From the NCBI GenBank assembly GCA_040756875.1, contig JBFLYH010000002.1:638978-702977 (forward strand): DNA of 64,000 nucleotides, given 5' to 3'. Origin of the DNA: a candidate division FCPU426 bacterium (lineage in GTDB: Bacteria; Oederibacteriota; JAAXVQ01; JAUVAV01). How positions within the stretch are numbered: position 1 is the stretch's first letter; the number at the start of each line of letters is the position of its first letter. Positions 29,534 through 39,424 of the stretch are shown here, one piece after another. The notes under the pieces were generated by a model that was given only the letters and a program-made list of their open reading frames with translations, ran no database searches and had not been told where the DNA came from. The translations under genes were made by a program, and so were the position numbers.

Positions 29534-32017
29534 TTATAAACCACCATAATTTTTATCAAGTGCAGACCCGCTGGTTGATACTTCGAAAATTCTGCATGGT
29601 TCAGAAATTCCTTTTAGCATAACCGCCTCATGAATCTCCCTGATTATTATTCTCCGCTGCAATATTTTATCTATATAATTGAATAATTTTTCCTGCTTAA
29701 AAACCTCTTCCTTTGCATTGAATGCCTGGATGCTGGTTTCCTTTTTAATGGTTTCGAAAACACCTTCGGTTATGACGATTCCTCGATTAAAGAGCTTTTT
29801 CTCCCAGGCATGCACATTATAGGGGAATGGCTGTGGATAATGGGTCTCGATATAATTCCTGACCTCTTCTGATGACCCGGACAAACGGGCTGCCTGCGAC
29901 AACTGGGGAGATATCACGATTTTTATTTTTTCGCCTTGGTCCTGTTGATCCTGTCCTATCAGCGCAAAAAACAGTTCTCCGGCGGTTATAGCAATCCCGA
30001 TATCCACTCTTGGCATAGCCCGTGTGGCAGCCACTTTAGACAAGGCCTTTTTAATATCATCCTCTTCCAGCACGCGGGTTTCTATTTGAGCCAATTCCGT
30101 TAGAAAATCTTGGACTTTACCCGGTGCCTCGCCCGGTTTTAAATGCTTCAGCAGTCCCCGTATTTTTTCCGTATCTTGAAGGTTTACACCCGTTTCCAGG
30201 GCAGCTTGATAGATTTCCCGCGCTTCCCGCAAATGCTCCTCAGAAGCTTGACGTCTAAGTTTGGCGAATTGTCCTGAAATCATGTAAGCTGCACGGATGC
30301 TGCTTTGGGCCTGGCGGTAATAAGCCGAATAACCGTCGCCTGCGAAGTAGATTCTTTCCCCCTGATAATTCAGGGCGATTTGATTTACAGCCGTCAGGTA
30401 AGGCGTCAGGAAGGAGGCGGTATCCTTGGTCAGGCGCATGGTGGTTTCCGTGGAATTGCGCAAATCTGCAAACATGAAAATAACGCGCTCCCCCCGGCGG
30501 CTGTTGGTGGGATAGATCTCCCCCGCGGCGCGCAAATAGAATAAATTGCCGTCTAAAAATTGGTTTTCGATTTCCTCCTGACGTTTGTCCTGCAAATCCA
30601 GCAATTCGATTCTTTCGACGCCCGCCCGTAATGTAGTGCTGATTTTTACTTCCTGGGTGCGCCATAAACGCAGCCCCTGCCAGGGTATGGCCTGCCCCGC
30701 GATCCGGCCGTAATGCGAACGGACAAGGCTGAAATCATCGATCAATCCTTGGATGACGCCATAGCGGCCTATGGCATCGGTCAGCTGGTCGGTCAATTCC
30801 ATGCGGGTCAATCGACCGAACCAGCGTTTTCGTCCCCGCTTGGCGGTTTCCGCCCCCCAGCGCAAGAGGGCGATGGCCTCTTCCGCTGCACGGGCATCCG
30901 CCTTGCGCAGGATTTTTTGCACTCGCCGGCGCACCGCCGGCCGAGTCAGCGTTTCCTCCAGCTGGCGTTCGTTGACAATATAGGGATAAAGCTCCGTTAA
31001 ATTCGGATGCGAGCGCAAAAAGGCCCGCAAGGCTTTGCGCACCTGCGCCCTGACATTCTCGGAAACCATTCTGGCGCGCAGATCGTGGTGCCGCCGCAGC
31101 TGACTGAGCAGACGGTTGCGGTCAGGCCGGCTTTCCAGCAATTGCTGCCAGGCAAGGGGTTCCCCGGCAAAACGGGCGCCGGGTCTAGCCGCAAAGCGGC
31201 GGCTTCTGCCCACCGCCTGGAGCGCGGCTTTGTGCAATTGGGACCTTACTGCATAAGATAGCTGATAGGGATTGGGACCTGCCAGTTCTTCCTCAATCAT
31301 CCCGGCGTCGCCCTGGTCATTGAAGGCCAATATGAAGGGATTCAACAGCCTTAGAACCGCTGGTTCAGGCTCCCCGTGTCCCAGGCACGCCTGACGCTTT
31401 TGGGTGAGGAGGTCGTCCCGCTCCACCTGGCGCCAGCACAGGGCCAAGCTGCGTCCCAGGGTCAGGCGGGCGGCCACGGCCATCTTGCCTAGGATTTCAA
31501 CCTGCTTTTCGAAATACTCCGAGATCATCTCGGCGCACAGGCTGGCCGCGCCAAGCAGTGCCAGATAGCCAAGGCCGGAGATGCCTGTGGCTTTCTGCTC
31601 CTCCAGGGCGTGCAGCCTCAACCTGCGATAAGCCAACCCGAGGCCCATCAACTCTTCGTTTACCCATTGCCGAAAACGTCCCAGATCCAGCCGGCTGACA
31701 TCGCACCACTGGTCCAGGAAAATATCCCATAATTCGGCCTGCCAGCCATCGAAGACCAGTGGCGAGGCGGGGGTGCTTTCATCGCGAATGCTTTGGGGCC
31801 TGTCTTCCTGCCAGTCACCCGGTTCCAGGGCAGCGGCAGAACGGTTTTCGAGCAGAAGGTCGGTAAAACGGTCAAGGCATCGGAAAAGCAGACGCTCCCA
31901 ATCCGGGAGAAACGCCACCTGCTGGAAGCGCATTTTTCCACCGTAATTTACCTCTGACGGCGGATAATGGAAAAGAAAAACATCCTGTCTTTCGGGCAAT
32001 GGCTGTCGCTGCGCCAT
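29534..32017 (-). CDS. Large protein with a C-terminal atypical class III nucleotide cyclase domain
   Basis: IFMFADLRNST, FAGDG, IGIAITAG, AARL, LKGI; unrecognised N-terminal region of about 500 aa. Confidence 0.72.
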   Translation of the reverse strand: MAQRQPLPERQDVFLFHYPPSEVNYGGKMRFQQVAFLPDWERLLFRCLDRFTDLLLENRSAAALEPGDWQEDRPQSIRDESTPASPLVFDGWQAELWDIFLDQWCDVSRLDLGRFRQWVNEELMGLGLAYRRLRLHALEEQKATGISGLGYLALLGAASLCAEMISEYFEKQVEILGKMAVAARLTLGRSLALCWRQVERDDLLTQKRQACLGHGEPEPAVLRLLNPFILAFNDQGDAGMIEEELAGPNPYQLSYAVRSQLHKAALQAVGRSRRFAARPGARFAGEPLAWQQLLESRPDRNRLLSQLRRHHDLRARMVSENVRAQVRKALRAFLRSHPNLTELYPYIVNERQLEETLTRPAVRRRVQKILRKADARAAEEAIALLRWGAETAKRGRKRWFGRLTRMELTDQLTDAIGRYGVIQGLIDDFSLVRSHYGRIAGQAIPWQGLRLWRTQEVKISTTLRAGVERIELLDLQDKRQEEIENQFLDGNLFYLRAAGEIYPTNSRRGERVIFMFADLRNSTETTMRLTKDTASFLTPYLTAVNQIALNYQGERIYFAGDGYSAYYRQAQSSIRAAYMISGQFAKLRRQASEEHLREAREIYQAALETGVNLQDTEKIRGLLKHLKPGEAPGKVQDFLTELAQIETRVLEEDDIKKALSKVAATRAMPRVDIGIAITAGELFFALIGQDQQDQGEKIKIVISPQLSQAARLSGSSEEVRNYIETHYPQPFPYNVHAWEKKLFNRGIVITEGVFETIKKETSIQAFNAKEEVFKQEKLFNYIDKILQRRIIIREIHEAVMLKGISEPCRIFEVSTSGSALDKNYGGL

Positions 32018-32066
32018 GCGGCGGATTCCTTTCCGCGCGTGGACTGCCTCCACGCTGCGGGGGCGG

Positions 32067-33392
32067 TTACTTCATTTCCTTTTCGATCTTCTGGATGTTC
32101 ATGCGCGCTTTCTCGTGCCCAGGGTCAAGCTCCAGGACTTCCTTCCAGGCGGCCAGGGCGTCGTCCAACTCGCCGCGCTGATACGCCGCCAGTCCGTCCG
32201 CGTACCGGGCCTCTGCCCGCTGCCGGTTTTGGGTGTCCCGCCCGATCAGTTCTTTTTTTGCGCGGCTCAGCCATTCCCGATACTCGGCGTCCTCCGGTGA
32301 GGCGGCCACGGCCAGTTCCCACTCGCGGATCGCAGCCGCCAGATCGTTGCGGCGGTAGCAGGCAACGCCGGCATTGAAACGGCGCCGGCCTTCGCCCTCG
32401 GAGGCCGCCTGGGTGCGGGCTTGAGCGGTCGCCCGGCGGGCTTCATCCTGTCCCCGCAGCGCCCGGGAGTCGCCGGGAAACATTTCCAACACTTGTTGAA
32501 AGCGAGTCAGGGCCGCGGGATATTTTTCGTCCGCCAGCAGCCGCTCAGCCGCGGCATTTTGAGCTTTGGCCCACTCAGCCACGCGCGGCTGACAGCGCTC
32601 CAGGCCCTGGACGGCCTCAGGCGGAGAGGGCTGGGTGCCCTGCGCCAAGGCCTGCCAGTGACGGTAGGCGGCGACCCATTGCCCGGCAGCTTCGGCGGAC
32701 AGCGCCTGCCGCTGAAGCGCTTCTGCTTCCGCGGTTTGCTTTTTTTGGGCCAATTGCAGGCGGGTTTTGTCCAAATACCGCCGTACCTGCGGCTGATCGG
32801 CGTTCAATTTTTCCGCTTCAGCCAGCTTGAGTTCCGCGCGTTCCCACTCCTGCCGGCGGAACGCCCGCATTCCCTCCTCATATAACTCCCGGGTCATCTG
32901 GTCGAATGACCGCCGGCTGTCCGCTTCGTAGGCTTCGGCGGCCAGGCGCTCCAAGCCGGCCACGGCCTCCGGCTGGCCGTTGTTCCATTCCAACACGCGC
33001 CGCCAGGCCACCTCGGCATCCTTCACCCGGCTCTCCTGGTAATGTTCCTCGGCCGCTGCCAGCTCCTGCCGGAGACGGGGATTATTCTCTCCGGACGGAA
33101 CCGCATCTTGCAGCTGCCAGGCACGGCCGCTGCCCACGGTTTCGATGCGCTCGGCGATTTCCCGCCGCGTCGGGTCGAGGGCGTACGCCAGCCGCCATTC
33201 CCGCAGCGCTTCGGTAAACCGCTTGCGCTCATAAAACTGGTCGCCCAGGGTTTGGTGCCTGTCCGCCGCTTGCTGCGCTGAAGGCACCACGGACGAGGTG
33301 GCGCACCCCGCGCCGTTCAACAGCATTCCCACTCCCAGCAGGGCCAAGCCTTTCCGGTGCCCCGCTCTTATCCACCGCCGGATGCCATTCAC
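32067..33392 (-). CDS. TPR-repeat lipoprotein
   Basis: Lipobox AGC and multiple TPRs; GTG start inferred. Confidence 0.8.
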   Translation of the reverse strand: MNGIRRWIRAGHRKGLALLGVGMLLNGAGCATSSVVPSAQQAADRHQTLGDQFYERKRFTEALREWRLAYALDPTRREIAERIETVGSGRAWQLQDAVPSGENNPRLRQELAAAEEHYQESRVKDAEVAWRRVLEWNNGQPEAVAGLERLAAEAYEADSRRSFDQMTRELYEEGMRAFRRQEWERAELKLAEAEKLNADQPQVRRYLDKTRLQLAQKKQTAEAEALQRQALSAEAAGQWVAAYRHWQALAQGTQPSPPEAVQGLERCQPRVAEWAKAQNAAAERLLADEKYPAALTRFQQVLEMFPGDSRALRGQDEARRATAQARTQAASEGEGRRRFNAGVACYRRNDLAAAIREWELAVAASPEDAEYREWLSRAKKELIGRDTQNRQRAEARYADGLAAYQRGELDDALAAWKEVLELDPGHEKARMNIQKIEKEMK

Positions 33393-33399
33393 CTTCAAA

Positions 33400-33753
33400 T
33401 CACCATCCCTTCCCGGAATTTGTCTGCAAGCAGTCGCCGACTTGACATGTCTGGGGCGTGCAGGAATCCGCCGGCAGTTCCAACACCCCCCGGGCTTCGC
33501 GCACCCAGGGCCCCAAACGCCAGGGCTCCAAGCGGACGATCCGCAGCACGCGTCCCTGAGCCGAAAGATAAACCGCGTCAATGGCCACGCGCATCCCCAA
33601 GGTATGGACGGCGCGACACGGCGCAATATACCATCCATGGCCGGCAGGTGGCGAAACGCGGCCCGACCCTCCCACCAAACGCCGCCAAAATGTCCGGCAT
33701 TCCTCTATTTGTTCCGCCAGGTTAAAATTGCGGGTTTGATTGATTACTTGCAT
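33400..33753 (-). CDS. DUF192 family protein
   Basis: RRLVG, PCRAVHTLGM, IDAVYL, VLELP. Confidence 0.8.
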   Translation of the reverse strand: MQVINQTRNFNLAEQIEECRTFWRRLVGGSGRVSPPAGHGWYIAPCRAVHTLGMRVAIDAVYLSAQGRVLRIVRLEPWRLGPWVREARGVLELPADSCTPQTCQVGDCLQTNSGKGW

Positions 33754-33821
33754 CGGGTCCCGTTCATCAGCAAGAAGTGCCTGATTGTATCAGATTTCAT
33801 CCGCCTTCGCAATCCGACCCC

Positions 33822-36227
33822 TTATTCGCGCATCCTGCGCCACGCCAGCCATTGCAATGGACGGTTCGGCCGTAGGCGTAATTCGACCGCGCCGAGTTGC
33901 CGGGCATCGAGTATAAGCAGGCCGGCCTGGCCCAATCGCCCCAAAAGCTCCGGGTCGGGAAAACCGAAGGGATTGCGCGTGCCGGGCATGATGACGGCGA
34001 TTTCAGGCCGGCATTGCAGCAATAAACCCGGGCTGGTGGCTTTGCGGTCGCCATGATGCCCAACCTTCAGCAGCGCGTACGTTCGCGGCAGCTGCCATTG
34101 TCGCTCGCAGTCCGCCCGGCTATCGCCTGTAAACAGCAGGCTGCCGCCCGGAACTTCGCAGCCAAGGACCAGGCTGGTTTCATTGCCGGTCTGGTGGCTC
34201 CCGGCCGGCGGCCAGAGCGCGCGCAGGCGTAAACGGGTCCCCAGCTTTTCCCTGCGCCCGCGCCGCCATTCCTCGGGGGAGGGACTCCCGACCGGAAGGC
34301 CGAGGGAGCGGTCAGCAGCTGCCAAACGCCGGACCGAAAAACTCCGCAGGCATGCGGACACGCCGCCGGCGTGGTCCGAATCAGAGTGGCTGATCAGCAA
34401 GGCGTCCAGGCGGTTGAGGCCCAAAGCCGCCAGGCAGGGCCTGACGCGGTAATAGAATTCCTGCTCAGGCCCGGTATCCAGCAAGCAAACCGTGCCGTCG
34501 CCCGAACGCAGCAACGTGGCCTCGCCCACCGCCAGACTGAAAAAAGTCACCCGCGTTTCGTCCGGTTCCAGCGGTTCCGGACCAAACACCGGATACCAAA
34601 GGCACCACGCGAGCAGCGGCATCCAGCTGGTGCGTTGCTTTTTCCCGGCCACCAAAGCCAGCCCTGTCAGGACATAACAGCCTGCCACCCACCAACCGGA
34701 CGGAGGAAAGACAAACCAGCGGTGGCCGGGCAGCAGGGCGCTCAGGGCGGCGACGTGTTCCAGGCCAGCGGCCGCCAGACCGGCAGTCCAGCCGGCTATG
34801 GACGCAACTGTAGGCCACCACGCTGCCAGGCCGATCGCCGCCAAGCCGGCGGTTAAAATGACGCTGGCCAGGGGCACGGCCGGTAGATTGGCGAGCAATG
34901 CCACGGGAGTCAGATTGTAAAAATGATAGAGCGTCAGGGGCGCGGTGGCGAGCAGGCAGGCGCCGGTCGTGAGCAGCGAGATTGCCGGCCACGCCAGCGG
35001 CCGCGGCCAGTGGCGGCCGATCCACTGGGCTTTGGGCCAAACCAGCACCAGGGCAGCCGTGGCGGCGAATGAAAGCTGAAACCCGGCCTCAGTCCCTGAA
35101 AGCGGGGATTTCGCCAGCAACAGCAACGCCGCCAAAGATAGACCGGAGAGCGGGTCCGGTTGGCGGCCGAACGCGTGGGACAGGGCCACGGCTGACAGCA
35201 TCCAGGCGGCCCGCGCCACCGGCGGCTCGGCGCCGGTCAGCAGGGTGTACGCCCAACTGGCGGCCACAGCCGCAATGGTTCCGGCGGGCCGGGGCAGGCG
35301 CAGGCACGCGGCCAGGCCGAATATCAGGCCGAACACCAAACCCACGTTCATGCCTGAAACCGCTAAAATGTGGGCCAGCCCGGCCGCTGCCAGCAATTCC
35401 TGGTCAGCCGGGGACAAGCCCGAGCGGTCTCCGATAACGATGCCCCGGACCCAGCGGCAGCCGGGCGGTTTCACCTGCTGGTCCAACTGCCGCAGGCACC
35501 ATCGCCGCAAGCGCCCAATTCCCGCCCGCCAGTCCCACGCCGAGGCTGCCCGCGTGCGTTTGGCGTCTTTCGGCAATTGTACCTGCAGCCGGCCGCGCAC
35601 GCCCCGGTGCGCGGCATGGGTGGAAAAATCATATTCGCCCGGATTGAACGGTTTGGCGATTGCTTCCAAGCTGCCGCGGACCGTAAGGCGGTCTCCCGGC
35701 AGCCAGCTGGGTATGGGGCCCGGAACCTGCAGGTACACGCCACCTGATACTTCGTAACGTCTTGCCTTCCACTCCGCGGTTTCGCAGCGCAGCCGGCTGC
35801 GCCAGGCCTGGCCCCAGAGCACTTGTTCGGGCAGGCTTTCCAGCCGGCCTTCCAGGACAATCTCCCGCCTGGATCCCAAGTGGGAGACATCACGATTTGC
35901 AGCCTGCAGGTGCATGGCTGCCAGGCCGTGAAACCACAAGCCGGTTGCCAGCACTACCACCGGCCCTGCCCAGGCCTGGCGGCAACAGCGCCAGGCCCAG
36001 ACCGCCAACAGCAAAGCCGCACCCCAAATTCCCAGTACCCACGCTGCGGGCCAGGCGCGGGCCAGAAGCACACCCGCCCAGGCTGCCGCCCCCATTTGCA
36101 ATAACGGACGTTGATAAAAAAGCAATCCGGAGCCGGATGCAGGGCCGCCAGGCGTTTCGGTCCCGCCCGGATGAACCAGGGCAACTGCCGGACGGGCCAT
36201 GGGCAAAGACAGATCATGCGGATGCAT
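33822..36227 (-). CDS. comEC: DNA uptake channel ComEC/Rec2
   Basis: OB domain with NPGEYD, GLAHILAVSG, GFQLSF, beta-lactamase domain SHSDSDH, KVGHHG; start uncertain. Confidence 0.92.
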   Translation of the reverse strand: MHPHDLSLPMARPAVALVHPGGTETPGGPASGSGLLFYQRPLLQMGAAAWAGVLLARAWPAAWVLGIWGAALLLAVWAWRCCRQAWAGPVVVLATGLWFHGLAAMHLQAANRDVSHLGSRREIVLEGRLESLPEQVLWGQAWRSRLRCETAEWKARRYEVSGGVYLQVPGPIPSWLPGDRLTVRGSLEAIAKPFNPGEYDFSTHAAHRGVRGRLQVQLPKDAKRTRAASAWDWRAGIGRLRRWCLRQLDQQVKPPGCRWVRGIVIGDRSGLSPADQELLAAAGLAHILAVSGMNVGLVFGLIFGLAACLRLPRPAGTIAAVAASWAYTLLTGAEPPVARAAWMLSAVALSHAFGRQPDPLSGLSLAALLLLAKSPLSGTEAGFQLSFAATAALVLVWPKAQWIGRHWPRPLAWPAISLLTTGACLLATAPLTLYHFYNLTPVALLANLPAVPLASVILTAGLAAIGLAAWWPTVASIAGWTAGLAAAGLEHVAALSALLPGHRWFVFPPSGWWVAGCYVLTGLALVAGKKQRTSWMPLLAWCLWYPVFGPEPLEPDETRVTFFSLAVGEATLLRSGDGTVCLLDTGPEQEFYYRVRPCLAALGLNRLDALLISHSDSDHAGGVSACLRSFSVRRLAAADRSLGLPVGSPSPEEWRRGRREKLGTRLRLRALWPPAGSHQTGNETSLVLGCEVPGGSLLFTGDSRADCERQWQLPRTYALLKVGHHGDRKATSPGLLLQCRPEIAVIMPGTRNPFGFPDPELLGRLGQAGLLILDARQLGAVELRLRPNRPLQWLAWRRMRE

Positions 36228-36315
36228 GCTATATCCGACCAGGCGGATAAAAAATCAATGCGTTTTTTCAGAGGAATTTATGCGGAATTGCGGGGAAAAG
36301 CGGAGATCCGTCCGT

Positions 36316-37278
36316 TTATTGTTGGGCGGGCATTTCAGGCGTGATACGCACGACGCGGTTCTTTTCCGGCGCTGTCACCACCAGGGACCCATCTTTCATG
36401 GCGAGAATATCTCCGGGATAGAATCCCGTACGCAGAGTGCCGAACAGGCGCGCCTGGGCGACGTCGATGACCGCCAGGCGGAAAGAGCGGCCGCACGCCA
36501 CCCACAAGGTCCGGCCGCGCAGGGCCAAAGCTTGGGGCTGCTTGAAAACGCGGATGCGCGCGCGTTCCTCGTATTTCACCCGGTCAATCAGGGAAACATC
36601 CTTCGAGCCCGCGTTGGCCACGCAAACCGTATTGCCGGCCAACAGGATGGCCTGCGGGTAGATGCCCACGGTGACGCGGCGCTTTTCGGCCAGGGTCTTG
36701 GTGTCCAGGACCACCACCGCGTTCTCGCCCTTGAGCGTCACCCAGGCTTCCTGCCCGTCCGGGGTAAACAGGATGGATTGCGGGTAGCGGCCCACGTGCA
36801 CTTTGCGCTGCAGGCATACGCACGGCATCCCAAAGATGCTCACGCCCGTGGTGCCGTCGCAAATCCACAATTCCCCGGCCTGCGGCCTGACTGCCGCGCC
36901 GGCCAGGCTGAGGCTGCCCGTGCGGGCCTTGCGTTTGACGCGCAACGGCTCGCCCTCCAGGATGGCCAGGGCGTTTTCCCGGGTGTGCAGGCAATAAACC
37001 GCTTTCTGGTCCTGATCCAGAACCAGATCCTGCGGGCCTTCCAGCACATCCAGGGTGGCTGTGACTTCCAGGGGGGCCAGGGAAATTTCCTGCACGACGC
37101 TGCCGCCGAAGCAACTGACCACCGCGCGATTGGGGGCGAGGCCCGGCGCCAGGCGGAAGGGCTGTTTGCCTGTCTCCACGATTTCCTGCCGGCCGGACAG
37201 AGCCACAACGTTGTCGCGGGCGCAGCCGGAGGCCAACACGATGCAGATAACGGTCAGCCACAGGAGCGAGCGGGGCAT
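36316..37278 (-). CDS. YVTN/YncE beta-propeller lipoprotein
   Basis: Lipobox LASGC; repeated VG.YP..I blades. Confidence 0.8.
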   Translation of the reverse strand: MPRSLLWLTVICIVLASGCARDNVVALSGRQEIVETGKQPFRLAPGLAPNRAVVSCFGGSVVQEISLAPLEVTATLDVLEGPQDLVLDQDQKAVYCLHTRENALAILEGEPLRVKRKARTGSLSLAGAAVRPQAGELWICDGTTGVSIFGMPCVCLQRKVHVGRYPQSILFTPDGQEAWVTLKGENAVVVLDTKTLAEKRRVTVGIYPQAILLAGNTVCVANAGSKDVSLIDRVKYEERARIRVFKQPQALALRGRTLWVACGRSFRLAVIDVAQARLFGTLRTGFYPGDILAMKDGSLVVTAPEKNRVVRITPEMPAQQ

Positions 37279-37285
37279 GTGGGGA

Positions 37286-37651
37286 TTACTTTTGTTTGAA
37301 AGCGGCGATCGCCTCTTCTTCGGTCAGATAGGCGGCGATCAGGTTGGAAAAGGCGAGCATGTTGAACACGTTGCGCACTTCGGTGGTCATGGCGACCAGT
37401 TTGATGTCGCCCTGGTGTTCGCGGGTCTTGGGCAGCAGGCTTACGAACAGGCCCCAGCCGGCCGAGGACACGTACGACACCTGCGCGAGGTTGATGATCA
37501 GGCGGTATTTCTGTTCGCGCAGCAAGCCGGAAAGATGTTCATCCAGGATCAAGGTGGTGCCTGTATCGATCACTCCGGTGACATCCACCACAGTGACGTC
37601 ATGAAGCCCGGATTTGCGGACTTCAATGCTGATGTTTCCGTCTCGGCGCAT
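37286..37651 (-). CDS. STAS domain anti-sigma factor antagonist
   Basis: GVID, INLAQVSYVSSAGWG, GDIKL. Confidence 0.9.
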   Translation of the reverse strand: MRRDGNISIEVRKSGLHDVTVVDVTGVIDTGTTLILDEHLSGLLREQKYRLIINLAQVSYVSSAGWGLFVSLLPKTREHQGDIKLVAMTTEVRNVFNMLAFSNLIAAYLTEEEAIAAFKQK

Positions 37652-37675
37652 GCTGCTGCTCCTTCTGTCCCGGCG

Positions 37676-39199
37676 TTAGTCGACTTTAAGCGTGACCACG
37701 GCCAGGTCGTCGTTTTGGTGTAGTTCGCCGCAAAACCGGATCAACGAGCGGTCAATACCCTGGATCATATCCGCCGCGCTTCCCAGCCCTGCGCTTGCGG
37801 CCACGGCCTCTTTCAAGCGCTCCATGCCGAATTCTTCCCGCTGGTCGTTCCAGGCTTCGGTCAATCCGTCCGTATAGAGAATCACCGCATCGCCCGCTTT
37901 GAGGGTGATGGTCCGTTCCTGAACCAGGCGCTCGAAAATGCCCGTCCCATCCACGCCCAGGGGCAGACAGGGCGGCCGCAATTCCAGCAACTGGGATTGG
38001 CGTTTCTGCGCCTGCCACACCAGGACCGGGTTGTGCCCGGCCGACGTGAAAGTCATGGTCCTATTCTTAACATTAATTACCGCATAAAACAAGGTAATAA
38101 AAAGCCCGCGGCTCAAATCCGCGACCAGCAGGCGGTTAAGTTCTTTCAATACCTTAAGCGGAGACGTCTCTCCGGGGGCGATGGTCTTTAAAATGCTGCG
38201 CGCCACGCTCATGAGCAGCGCGGCCGGCACGCCCTTGCCGCAGACGTCCGCCACCGCCAGCCCCAAATGATCCTTGCCCACCCGCAGGAAATCGTAATAA
38301 TCGCCCCCCACCTCCTTGGCCGCGCGGTACAGCGCGCCGAAGGAATATCCCGGAATCTCCGGCAGCTGCTTGGGGAGAAGTTTTTGCTGGATTTGCTGGG
38401 CCACCTGCAGTTCCTTCTGCAACCGTTCCTGTTCCAGAGCCTGTTCAGTGGCGATCTTGAGCTCGCGCGTCATGCGATTGAAGGTCTCGGCCAGCTGCCC
38501 CAGCTCATTGGGCCGCATGGGTGGAATTTGGTAGTCCAGGTTGCCCAAACCGATGGCCTGCGCCCCCCGGGTCAGCGCGGAGACCGGCCTGAGCATCAAG
38601 GTGACCAGCACCACCGAGCCGACCAGCCCGGCCAACAGAAAGATGGCCACCAGCATGCCGGCATTGCGCCAGGCGTGCGAGACCACGTTTTGGATGGTCG
38701 AATGCGATATGCCCAGGTGGATTTCGCCGATTTTGGTCTTGGCTTGCAATATCAGGGGGATGCCGATGTCGATCACCCACCCGGCGTCCGGATGATGCCA
38801 GGTGTGGATGAAAGGTTCCGGAAGGTACAGGGGCGGGATTCCGGGCGGACGGATGTATGGCTTGTCGATGAGTTCGGACTTGTCCGCAGCCACCACCCGG
38901 CTGTCCCGGTCGACGATGAGGGCGTAGACCATGTCCTCGTTTTTCATGACATCCGCCACCAGCGTGGCCAGGGTAAGCTTGTCGTTGGTGAGAAACGGAT
39001 CAATGCTGTGCGTGGCCAGGTATTGGGTTAGGGCCAAGCCGCGGCGCGTCACTTCCTGCACCAGGGCGTCCCGCTCCTGGCGCAGAATGAACCAGGTCAA
39101 GGTGCCGGCCGTGGCCAGCACCAGGAGCATGACCCAGAGCGAAAACTCGATTTTAACGCTCGTCTTCGGGCGCGGGAGCGGGGTGGGATGGAGTTCCAA
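37676..39199 (-). CDS. Membrane HAMP + SpoIIE/RsbU PP2C phosphatase
   Basis: Two transmembrane helices, HAMP, EVGGDYYD, ADVCGKG, YTDG, DDL; TTG start after GGGAGG. Confidence 0.9.
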   Translation of the reverse strand: MELHPTPLPRPKTSVKIEFSLWVMLLVLATAGTLTWFILRQERDALVQEVTRRGLALTQYLATHSIDPFLTNDKLTLATLVADVMKNEDMVYALIVDRDSRVVAADKSELIDKPYIRPPGIPPLYLPEPFIHTWHHPDAGWVIDIGIPLILQAKTKIGEIHLGISHSTIQNVVSHAWRNAGMLVAIFLLAGLVGSVVLVTLMLRPVSALTRGAQAIGLGNLDYQIPPMRPNELGQLAETFNRMTRELKIATEQALEQERLQKELQVAQQIQQKLLPKQLPEIPGYSFGALYRAAKEVGGDYYDFLRVGKDHLGLAVADVCGKGVPAALLMSVARSILKTIAPGETSPLKVLKELNRLLVADLSRGLFITLFYAVINVKNRTMTFTSAGHNPVLVWQAQKRQSQLLELRPPCLPLGVDGTGIFERLVQERTITLKAGDAVILYTDGLTEAWNDQREEFGMERLKEAVAASAGLGSAADMIQGIDRSLIRFCGELHQNDDLAVVTLKVD

Positions 39200-39424
39200 G
39201 CCGCTGGCCTCCCTTTCGAGGCGGTCGTTGGCGCGGGCACGCCTGCTGCCGGCGGTTCTCCCGGCAGTCGGTGCAATATGCCAGTTCCGGCGCGCAGGGC
39301 GCGAACCCCTGGCTGGCGATTCTGACGGATGCCGGTTTGCGTTTCATATCCGAATGGCCGCTGCGATGCTGTCCAGGATGGCTCGATTATACCTTAGCCG
39401 CCGGTAAATGTGGAGCCCCTGCTT

